Shown piece by piece: positions 35,101 to 45,810 of a stretch of DNA of 51,233 nucleotides. Positions within the stretch are counted from its first letter, which is position 1. The number at the start of each line of letters is the position of its first letter. The DNA is from Nemertoderma westbladi (Eukaryota; Animalia; Xenacoelomorpha). Position numbers and translations under genes: made by a program. The stretch lies in contig JAUCBJ010005954.1 in assembly GCA_032718475.1 (NCBI GenBank), forward strand, positions 1-51,233. The letters are read 5' to 3'. A model generated the notes under the pieces. That model saw nothing but the letters and a program-made list of their open reading frames with translations. It was not told the DNA's origin and ran no database searches.

Positions 35101-38100
35101 GATGTTGGTAATGGGAGTGGCGAGGTTGGTAATGGGAGTGGCGAGGTTGGTAATGGGTGTGGCGAGGTTGGTAATGGGAGTGGCGAGGTAGGTAATGGGT
35201 GTGGCGAGGTTTGTAATGGGAGTGGCGAGGTTTGTGATGAGAGTGGCGAGGTTGGTAATGGGAGTGCCGAGGTTGGTAATGGGAGTGGCGAGGTTGGGAA
35301 TGGGAGTGGCGAGGTTGGTAATGGGAGTGGCGAGGTAGGTAATGGGTGTGGCGAGGTTTGTAATGGGAGTGGCGAGGTTTGTAATGGGAGTGGCGAGGTT
35401 AGTATTTGGAGTGGCGAGGTTGATAATGGGAGTGGCGAGGTTGGTAGTGGGAGTGGCGAGGTTTGTAATGTGAGTGGCGAGGTTGGTAATGTGAGTGGCG
35501 AGGTTGATAATGGGAGTGGCGAGGTTGGTAATGGGAGTGGCATGGTAGGTGATGGGAGTGGCGATGTTGGTAATGGGAGTGGCGAGGTTGGTAATGGGAG
35601 TGGCGAGGTTGGTAATGGGAGTGGCGAGGTTGGTAATGGGAGTGGCGAGGTTGGGAATGGGAGTGGCGAGGTTGGGAATGGGAGTGGCGAGGTTGGTAAT
35701 GGGAGTGGCTAGGTAGGTAATGGGTGTGGCGAGGTTTGTAATGGGAGTGGCGAGGTTAGTATTTGGAGTGGCGAGGTTTGTAATGGGAGTGGCATGGTAG
35801 GTGATGGGAGTGGCGAGGTTGGTAATGGGAGTGGCGAGGTTGGTAATGGGAGTGGCGAGGTTGGTAATGGGTGTGGCGAGGTTGGTAATGGGAGTGGCGA
35901 GGTAGGTAATGGGTGTGGCGAGGTTGGTAATGGGAGTGGCGAGGTTGGTAATGGGAGTGGCGAGGTTGGTAATGGGTGTGGCGAGGTTGGTAATGGGAGT
36001 GGCGAGGTTGGTAATGAGAGTGGCGAGGTTTGTAATGGGAGTGGCGAGGTTTGTAATGAGAGTGGCGAGGTTAGTATTGGGAGTGGCGAAGTTGGTAATG
36101 GGAGTGGCATGGTAGGTGATGGGAGTGGCGAGGTTTGTAATGGGAGTGGCGAGGTTGGTAATGGGAGTGGCGAGGTAGGTAATGGGTGTGGCGAGGTTGG
36201 TAATGGGAGTGGCGAGGTTGGTAATGGGAGTGGCGAGGTTGGTAATGGGTGTGGCGAGGTTTGTAATGAGAGTGGCGAGGTTAGTATTGGGAGTGGCGAG
36301 GTTTGTAATGGGAGTGGCGAGGTTAGTATTTGGAGTGGCGAGGTTGATAATGGGAGTGGCGAGGTTGGTAGTGGGAGTGGCGAGGTTTGTAATGTGATTG
36401 GCGAGGTTGGTAATGTGAGTGGCGAGGTTGATAATGGGAGTGGCGAGGTTGGTAATGGGAGTGGCATGGTAGGTTATGGGAGTGGCGATGTTGGTAATGG
36501 GAGTGGCGAGGTTGGTAATGGGAGTGGCGAGGTTGGTAATGGGAGTGGCGAGGTTGGTAATGGGAGTGGCGAGGTTGGGAATGGGAGTGGCGAGGTTGGG
36601 AATGGGAGTGGCGAGGTTGGTAATGGGAGTGGCGAGGTTTGTAATGGGAGTGGCGAGGTTTGTAATGGGAGTGGCGAGGTTAGTATTTGGAGTGGCGAGG
36701 TTTGTAATGGGAGTGGCATGGTAGGTGATGGGAGTGGCGAGGTTGGTAATGGGTGTGGCGAGGTTTGTAATGGGAGTGGCGAGGTTTGTAATGGGAGTGG
36801 CGAGGTTAGTATTTGGAGTGGCGAGGTTGATAATGGGAGTGGCGAGGTTGGTAGTGGGAGTGGCGAGGTTTGTAATGTGAGTGGCGAGGTTGGTAATGTG
36901 AGTGGCGAGGTTGATAATGGGAGTGGCGAGGTTGGTAATGGGAGTGGCATGGTAGGTGATGGGAGTGGCGATGTTGGTAATGGGAGTGGCGAGGTTGGTA
37001 ATGGGAGTGGCGAGGTTGGTAATGGGAGTGGCGAGGTTGGTAATGGGAGTGGCGAGGTTGGGAATGGGAGTGGCGAGGTTGGGAATGGGAGTGGCGAGGT
37101 TGGTAATGGGAGTGGCTAGGTAGGTAATGGGTGTGGCGAGGTTTGTAATGGGAGTGGCGAGGTTAGTATTTGGAGTGGCGAGGTTTGTAATGGGAGTGGC
37201 ATGGTAGGTGATGGGAGTGGCGAGGTTGGTAATGGGAGTGGCGAGGTTGGTAATGGGAGTGGCGAGGTTGGTAATGGGTGTGGCGAGGTTGGTAATGGGA
37301 GTGGCGAGGTAGGTAATGGGTGTGGCGAGGTTGGTAATGGGAGTGGCGAGGTTGGTAATGGGAGTGGCGAGGTTGGTAATGGGTGTGGCGAGGTTGGTAA
37401 TGGGAGTGGCGAGGTTGGTAATGAGAGTGGCGAGGTTTGTAATGGGAGTGGCGAGGTTTGTAATGAGAGTGGCGAGGTTAGTATTGGGAGTGGCGAAGTT
37501 GGTAATGGGAGTGGCATGGTAGGTGATGGGAGTGGCGAGGTTTGTAATGGGAGTGGCGAGGTTGGTAATGGGAGTGGCGAGGTAGGTAATGGGTGTGGCG
37601 AGGTTGGTAATGGGAGTGGCGAGGTTGGTAATGGGAGTGGCGAGGTTGGTAATGGGTGTGGCGAGGTTTGTAATGAGAGTGGCGAGGTTAGTATTGGGAG
37701 TGGCGAGGTTTGTAATGGGAGTGGCGAGGTTAGTATTTGGAGTGGCGAGGTTGATAATGGGAGTGGCGAGGTTGGTAGTGGGAGTGGCGAGGTTTGTAAT
37801 GTGAGAGGCGAGGTTGGTAATGTGAGTGGCGAGGTTGATAATGGGAGTGGCGAGGTTGGTAATGGGAGTGGCATGGTAGGTTATGGGAGTGGCGATGTTG
37901 GTAATGGGAGTGGCGAGGTTGGCAATGGGAGTGGCGAGGTTGGTAATGGGAGTGGCGAGGTTGGTAATGGGAGTGGCGAGGTTGGGAATGGGAGTGGCGA
38001 GGTTGGGAATGGGAGTGGCGAGGTTGGTAATGGGAGTGGCTAGGTAGGTAATGGGTGTGGCGAGGTTTGTAATGGGAGTGGCGAGGTTAGTATTTGGAGT

Positions 38101-39093
38101 GGCGAGGTTTGTAATGGGAGTGGCATGGTAGGTGATGGGAGTGGCGAGGTTGGTAATGGGAGTGGCGAGGTTGGTAATGGGAGTGGCGAGGTTGGTAATG
38201 GGTGTGGCGAGGTTGGTAATGGGAGTGGCGAGGTAGGTAATGGGTGTGGCGAGGTTGGTAATGGGAGTGGCGAGGTTGGTAATGGGAGTGGCGAGGTTGG
38301 TAATGTGTGTGGCGAGGTTGGTAATGTGTGTGGCGAGGTTGGTAATGGGAGTGGCGAGGTTGGTAATGAGAGTGGCGAGGTTTGTAATGGGAGTGGCGAG
38401 GTTTGTAATGAGAGTGGCGAGGTTAGTATTGGGAGTGGCGAAGTTGGTAATGGGAGTGGCATGGTAGGTGATGGGAGTGGCGATGTTGGTAATGGGAATG
38501 GCGAGGTTGGTAATGGGAGTGGCGAGGTAGGTAATGGGTGTGGCGAGGTTGGTAATGGGAGTGGCGAGGTTGGTAATGGGAGTGGCGAGGTTGGTAATGG
38601 GTGTGGCGAGGTTTGTAATGAGAGTGGCGAGGTTAGTATTGGGAGTGGCGAGGTTGGTAATGGGAGTGGCGATGTTGGTAATGGGAGTGGCGAGGTTGGT
38701 AATGGGAGTGGCGAAGTTGGTAATGGGAGTGGCTAGGTTGGTAATGGGAGTGGCGAGGTTGGTAATGGGAGTGGCGAGGTTGGTAATGGAAGTGGCGAGG
38801 TTGGTAATGGGAGTGGCGAAGTTGGTAATGGGAGTGGCTAGGTTGGTAATGGGTGTGGCGAGGTTTGTAATGGGAGTGGCGAGGTTTGTAATGAGAGTGG
38901 CGAGGTTAGTATTGGGAGTGGCGAGGTTGGTAATGGGAGTGGAGAGGTTGGTAATGGGAGTGGCGAGGTTGGTAATGGGAGTGGCGAGGTAGGTAATGGG
39001 TGTGGCGAGGTTGGTTGTGGGAGTGGCGAGGTTTGTAATGGGAGTGGCGATGTTGGTAATGGGAGTGGCGAGGTTGGTAATGGGAGTGGCGAG
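17168..39093. repeat. 21-bp G-rich tandem satellite, about 1040 units (consensus GGGAGTGGCGAGGTTGGTAAT), with higher-order duplications
   Basis: Directly visible; accounts for all GSGEVGN, MGVARLV, LPTSPLP, YQPRHSH and ITNLATP ORFs in the track. Confidence 0.99.
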
Positions 39094-40809
39094 TTAGGAA
39101 CGTTTGATATTTCAATCACAATTTTATTTTATATTAAATGTTTTTAAATTTAGAATCACTGCCGCGGCGCTAATTACAGTAGTTAGTATTGAAGTTACTA
39201 GATTAACGGGGTGCTGACTTCAAGCTAGCTCTGGGAAGAGTTCAAAATGATCATTATGTTAACGAAGGACCTTAGGAACACAGTGAGGGAACACAATCAT
39301 TGAACTTTTATTAATTTTACAATTGAGCACGCTGCGATAAACCCAACACTAGCACAAAAACAAACCCAAATATAAAGCACAATAGTATATAGTAAAAAAT
39401 GGTGTTGATCTGTATTCCAGTGAGATCCACATAGTAGCAGGTGAAACTAGTTTGTTGATTTCACTGAATACTTGAGATTTGAGTTGGACTGCGCCGGTCC
39501 ATATGAAAATAACGATGGAAAATGAGTGACAATATTCTGCTCAATTACACAGGTGAGGCCCTCAAATGAAGCACACACCTGAAGAAAATTACATAGAAGG
39601 CAGAGAAAAATATTAATAATAATATTTTAAAGGGAAAAGTGAAGGCCACCGAGAATTTGAGGTTTTTTAAATAAAAAATATACAGTATATATGTTTCTTG
39701 ATATAGCTTCTTCAAGGCAGTGTGAACATGGCCAAATAAATTGGAAGACTTAAAGTGGGATTAATTTTTCCTGGCCCTATTATGAGGATACTTAAAGGTA
39801 GAATTACAGTAATACTATAAATATTAGCATTACCTCAATTTGTCCACGAAATAACCCTGATGGATTACAGCCACGTGCAATTCAAGCACCATCATGTTCG
39901 CATTGAAAATCGCTTTCGAATGATACATACGATTTGGCATTTTAGAACATAACAGTGTGAAATCAACACACCCATGAGGGCGCTTATTACCTTATACTAT
40001 ATTTCCACGTATCATGCATGACCTTTGACTTTTAATACACTTCTTTCGACTTTTATTTGGTGTCAGGAATGTCAATGCTTTCTTCATGAAATCTTCATCA
40101 AAAAATATTGACAATACAAATTCTGCTCACTCACCTCCAAAATGTGAAGGTCAAACAGCCATAGCGGTATATTTGTTCCAAATTTCTTTCGATTTTTATT
40201 ATAATTTTTCTAGAGAAATGCTCTGTACGGATATGTTAAGGATGGAATCTATAACTAGCAGCAGCCAAAAAGTTTCAGATGGCACATTATTACAGGACGA
40301 GATGTAGTCCTAATTGAGTGTTTATAAATTATTAAAAAATCCTTTTTTTAACAAATTTGGCGTTCTAATCTAAACGTTGATTAGGACGCCACTGTAATTT
40401 TAACCCTACAATATTATTACCGTATTTTCATGGTAACAGTCTGACTTTAGTCTAGTAAATATATTTTTTTGGCTGAGCGATGTAACTCGTAGGGATAAAT
40501 GTGTAGGCCTAGCTACCTTGTTGCATTTACTAACTGAAGCCCTGAATGTTTCCTAATTATAGTAACTCAGATTTAATTAATAAGTTATCAATTGGTGATG
40601 GAACTCTAGCGAAATAAAAACAATAAATATCATTACGCGTTTTGAATTATTTCCATCCGGTAGGAAAATATGTTTAGAGTTCTTTTTTTGTCAGAAGTTG
40701 TTCTAGAAGATTTGATGAATCAAATAAAGGAAAGGAAAGTCATAGAATATTGTTTTTTGTTCCAAAAGGTTTTTAAAGAATTTTCTGGTAACATAATAAA
40801 ATAGGCTAG

Positions 40810-41911
40810 AGTTCCGTATAGAACTGCATTTTTAAAACATATGTCATTGTTACTATGGCAACATTGTAGAGTTCTAGAACAATGGAAAAGTATTATATAC
40901 TATTCGGCTCTTTTTCGGAAACGGGGGCATATTTTCAAAAAAATTGCAAGTCATTTTTTCTTACATTTTAAGACTATTTAGGAATGAAAATATTGATATT
41001 GAACTCATTTATATTCTAGAATTTATGGTAGCTAGTATTTATTAATAAAATAAACAATACCATTTATGCATTCACGGAAGAGTACCTATACTATTGATTA
41101 GAAATTAATTTATAGTAACTAAAATATAATATTCTAGAATATTAATAACTAGATTACTAATTGTGTTTTTTTATGGTAGCTAACACAGTGATTTTTTACT
41201 ACCTATAACTTTTTGAAATTAAATAAAAAAAAACTAGCTGGTAAAAAAAACACTAGCTAGTAGCTACCATAACAAAATATCTAATATAAGAACATTCACC
41301 TGGAACTATTCAGGAAAATATGCCCCCGTTTCCGAAAAAGAAAGAACATAAATAAAATAAAAAGTATAATGTTCTAGAACATATAGCTAGTTTTTTATTT
41401 AATTTTAAAATAGCTAGTAAATTTAAAAAGGTAGATGCATTTTCTAATAAATAAATAATATAAATAAATATTTTTTTTGTATTTTAGCTATTTTAAATTT
41501 GAAAAATAATTAGCTATATGTTCTAGAACATTATATTATTTGTATTATTTATGCTCTACAGTAGAATAGTTTATTATACATATTATATTACATAAATGAA
41601 ATAAAAAATAATAATGTTCTAAAACATATAGCTAGTATTTTTAATTTTAAAATAGCTAGTAAATTTAACAAATAATACAATTTAGTACCGGTAGATAAAT
41701 TTTTTAATAATAATAGAAATAAATAATTTTTTTTTATTACTAGCTATTTTAAATTTAAAAAATAACTAGCTATATGTTCTCGAACAATAATTTTTTTATT
41801 TTATTTTTGTTCTAGAATAGTGTATATTATATATTTTTATGTTCTAGAACTCTTCACTGTTGCCATGGTAACAATGATTTATGTTATAAAAATGCAGTTC
41901 TATACGGAACT
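40810..41911. repeat. Nested inverted-repeat (fold-back) region
   Basis: 72-bp arms 40810-40881 / 41840-41911 (6 mismatches); perfect 27-bp arms 40910-40936 / 41314-41340; two duplicated hairpin modules at ~41370-41531 and ~41616-41786. Confidence 0.88.
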
Positions 41912-43391
41912 GTTACCATAAAATAATTAGGTACTGTATTTCCCCCCCCCCCCGCCCCCCTTTCTTTATTTAACATTTTTTTAGATCATCAATGTTGACC
42001 CCACTAATGATTATTTAATTATGGTACCGGTAGCTACCGGTAGTGATTTTGTAATGAAGCTAGTATTTTGAAACACACGTAATATGTGGATTGTAGACTG
42101 TACATATAAAGTAACAGCAATGATTTATTTATTTATTAATAACTTATTCCGTAACAGAGAAAAAAATATTAAAAAACTTTAAAAAATACTAGCTATGTAA
42201 ATCATTTTCACTAGCTATGCAATAAAAAATAATTACATTAAAATGCACACATATAAATCCTAAAAAATCTATCATAATAAAGTGTTTTAATGTTTTTAAA
42301 AAACACTACCATTTAAAAATGATTAGATACCGTACACAAAATTTAGTTTCTTAACAGAACTTATAAAGAAAAGCAGGTCCGGTAAAAATTAACCGTTAAA
42401 ATAAATGAGGGGAGGGGCGGGGAAAGTAGCCTAATACCAAATTAATTGTTTAATTGTTTATCATAAATACTATAGCTCTAATGAAAAACACGAGCTCCCA
42501 TTTAAAAATTACTAGCTAAAATTAACTTGATGTCTTTAACATAAATTGTATCAAAAATTTGTCAAGAAAAATACTAATAATATTGAACCGTTAAAATGAA
42601 TAAATAACTAATTATAGTACGGTAAATAAAATATGCTTTATTTACCGTTCGTCCCGATAAGTCGGATCGAGGGGCGAAAAGGTAAATAACTTGTTTTATT
42701 TATCGTACAATATGTAATTTTATTGTTAAAACCTACCTAGGTTTCCTAGGTAGGTTCCCTAAAAGTACCTAGGTTTCAAATTAGGCTAATAGATTCCTCT
42801 TAATGTCGTTGAGATATAGTTGATATATGGTCGTCAAAAAATGCAGGTATTTGCATTTGTTAAAGCCTGCAGGGCAGGCCATTTATTATATTTAATAAAA
42901 TACACAATATTCTGGAACATATTATTTATTTTAAGATTATGAATTACTTGATGTAATTTTACTAGTCGTAGCTACTGATAAAATAAATAAAATGCCCCAG
43001 AATAGTACAGTATTTATAACAGTATAAAGTTGACTGATTGAAGAGCAATAATCACCATTTACCTAGGTAAATATGCAAATCTTATTTACCGCTGGCCAAT
43101 TGACTGAGCGGTAAATATTGTAAATTTTAACAATAAAAAACATTATAATGGGATATAGCCTTGACCGTTAATGGTTGCAACAAACGATAATCTTCTACCT
43201 AAAACGAAGCGTTGCAATGTGTACCAATCGCATATGAAATATTATGCGAGAGCCCGAGTCTGGGGATAGATCGATTTCAATGCAGGAAAGGAAAGGCGAA
43301 TGTAGAGGAATGGGTTGGGGTTATATATCCAAAGTTTTTGAGAACAGTTGTACACGTAGTCTACCGTTTGTTTTTATTGGTGTTTAGGTCT

Positions 43392-43925
43392 CTTACTACA
43401 AGGTAGAGTGAGCTCGGACAGTGGAAATGAGATCCTTCAAGGCTTCCCGATTCTCAATAGTTGTCGCAATTTCGTTTCACTCGAGTCCAGTATCGCAGTA
43501 TACCTTTCAAGTTGCTCTATATACAGTATGTCACAGCCGTTCGGTCCACGGCTACCCCCGTATAAAACTACACTTTCCACTGTTGCTCGAAATAACTGAT
43601 AGGTCTGACTTTCAGGTGGTATCCATTTTCGATAGAGTTACCTACAGTTTGTTTTCGTAACTTCTGTCTTTTCTGCTTCTCTCTATCCATGACCCAAGGT
43701 ACTGGAACTCTTGAACGTGTTTTAGTTGATTATTATCGATCGTGCCAGGCTTCCATTAACATCCATCCATTAACGATCTCCAATGACCTCCATTAAAGTC
43801 CTGAATTCGGTTTTGGTGCTAATTACATGCAACCCAATATCCATAGCAGCCCTTTTTACTTTGTTCAACAGAAGTTGTGCATCAACTTCAGCTGGCGTAT
43901 CAGAAAGCAGGGCGATGTCATTCCA
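43392..43925 (-). mobile_element. Second degraded RTE-clade LINE fragment (3' part)
   Basis: NDIALLSD...LLNKVKRAAMDIGLHV, HVQEFQYLGSWI, LFRATVESVVLYG and DTGLE in broken frames, ending TAGTAAG. Confidence 0.85.
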
Positions 43926-44084
43926 TAATATTGGTAATTTGATTCCCAACAAAGACCCTGTACCCGAACTTTTTATTAAAATTTTATTAAAATACCACCG
44001 ACAACGGGCATTACCATGACTAGTGAAAATGGTTAGTGAACATACGAAAACACCATTTATTTTGATAAACAACAGACAAAAATT

Positions 44085-44300
44085 TGTGAACTTAAACTAT
44101 GGACCCACGCTATCCATTTAATATTTGGTTGAAGGAGAATGTGAACTGTGTAAAATAATTATTCTTAAGTTTTATGTAGGTATTTTATTCGTACTGCTTT
44201 ATAAAGTACTTGTATATGTTTAACTCTCTGAAGACTAATTAATAATTCGAAACGCGTGTTATGTTCCTATTCTATATAACGATTATAACATTATATTAAC
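44085..44300 (+). mobile_element. Possible Penelope-like element 3' remnant with a decayed minimal hammerhead motif
   Basis: CTGAAGA (44228-44234), short AT stem, then CGAAACGCGT (44248-44257); upstream TMDP...GL-like codons weakly recall a GIY-YIG C-terminus. Confidence 0.4.
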
Positions 44301-44364
44301 AATTCCAAGTCATTATTCGATTTATTGTACTTATCGTAACGGTGATTTTGATTGGCTAATTATT

Positions 44365-44808
44365 ATGGATCCCAACATAACAGAGGGCGAGCCTCGCCCA
44401 TTATCAGTTGATGATGTCGTATCAAAACTGAAAGAATACCCTGAGAGGACTTTATCAGGTTGGTGTGGAACCACAGCTGCTTTGTGTTTTGGGTGGCAAT
44501 ATAGGCGGACCCCACGCAACCCGGCAACCAGTATTGGGGCCCACTCTCGGTCGGTGTTCTGGCCGACAATACGAACGATTGCTTCACCGTCACCCTATCT
44601 ACTGGGCATTATAGTTTACGGTTATTATGAGAAGGACCGGTTGTGTAACTTCTACAATAAAGAGAAGATTCTAATATCGAACTACGCAAAAAATCTGTGG
44701 GACAGAATGAAGCAGGGAGATAAAGGCGATTCTCGCGTTGAAGGCAGGACGGTGGGAGACAATGAGTGTCCGATATGCGTCAAAAATGCACGAGAACCCA
44801 AAAGTTGA
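44365..44808 (+). pseudogene. 147-aa ORF or probable pseudogene with a hydrophobic segment and a truncated RING-like start (ECPICVKNAREP)
   Basis: GC-richer coding-like stretch in AT-rich DNA; CxxC followed by stops before the other RING ligands. Confidence 0.3.
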
Positions 44809-44968
44809 GCGTGAGCGACAGTGCTTCGGTAAATTAATTTATTATCTAGTCGCTTTATCCTTTATAACTCTTTATGTGAAAATATGTGCAACAAAAAATA
44901 TGTTCGCAGGGAAGTAACATTGAATTTCTTAATAATCACTTAATTTGATGATTAACATGTTAATAAAC

Positions 44969-45177
44969 GGGTGTAAACGCTACGCCGACAACCGACAGCC
45001 GACAACCACTGCCGACAACGGGAAATATGGAACAGGGGTAACCTGAGTTCGTGACTCTCGTTTATTGTTTTGGTTAGAATAACCTTCCACTGTAATCTGT
45101 TCCTTTTCCTCAATTAATAAATAACATTAATTAGCGTTAATAATTGGTTGTCGGTTGTCGGCGTAGCATTTACACCC
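44969..45177. mobile_element. Mutator (MULE)-type MITE
   Basis: 32-bp TIRs GGGTGTAAAYGCTACGCCGACAACCGACARCC (2 mismatches); perfect 9-bp TSD TTAATAAAC (44960-44968, 45178-45186). Confidence 0.92.
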
Positions 45178-45579
45178 TTAATAAACAACAGGGGGGGGGG
45201 GGGGGGGGATTAACTGATCATAGTAAACCGTACCGTTACGTATGTAGGCCTACAACAAATTAAATAAATATCGACTGGAGAGGCAGAAGTGCTTTCAAAT
45301 ACTGAGACGAGGGAGTGGGAGGGCTTCACAAACGGATCCACTGATCCAGTATCCAGTTCTATTGAGAGAACGATATTTTCTTGCTTGATTAGAGAGCGTT
45401 TTGGGTTATTTCTACCCGAGGATATATCCAGGTTCACAGATACACTTTACGGTGACAGCGCTGTGCGAGCTCGGTGACGCGCTCTAAAATCGCAATGCTG
45501 ATCAATCACAGCATTATGATTTTTGGTTACAGCGCTCTATAAACGCGGTGACAGCCAGCGCTGTCAAAGTGCGTCGATG

Positions 45580-45810
45580 GGATTTTGCCAGTCACTCAGT
45601 TGTTTCAGAGGCGATGTGTGCTTATTCTGGTAACTGGATCGTCCGTGGTATTAAGGATTGTCTCCGAGAGAAACCCAAAACCTCGCGTTCTTTATCGGTG
45701 AAACGATAATTGCGAATTGTAATCTCTTCTTCCAACAATCGCGGATTCATGAGTGTCTCTATATCATCCTGATTTGCATTCGCTGTGGAAGAATGGATAA
45801 GACGCATCGG
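45580..45810 (-). mobile_element. Possible PIF/Harbinger transposase N-terminal relic
   Basis: NPRLLEEEITIRNYRF..REVL...LIPRT followed by a frameshifted IA-LKQL-TG, resembling the NP...YRF and IALRFxATG motifs of HARBI1-like nucleases. Confidence 0.35.

Noticed and set aside
39090-39100. TTAGG at the end of the satellite as a telomere relic
   Set aside because: Single pentamer, no telomeric array.
16932-39119. Very long ORFs (up to 1850 aa) resembling mucins, Pol II CTD-like PTSP heptads, His-rich or Gly/Asn-rich proteins
   Set aside because: The 21-bp unit is stop-free in five of six frames by construction. Single ORFs drift between LPTSPLP, YQPRHSH and ITNLATP at 20-bp units, the GSGEVGN frame has in-frame stops, and there is no signal peptide or unique domain.
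39257-39592. Possible solo LTR (TGT...ACA with minus-strand AATAAA)
   Set aside because: No target-site duplication and no second copy in the window.
40358-40391. 13-bp hairpin as a Helitron 3' end
   Set aside because: No properly spaced CTRR terminus and no matching 5' end found.
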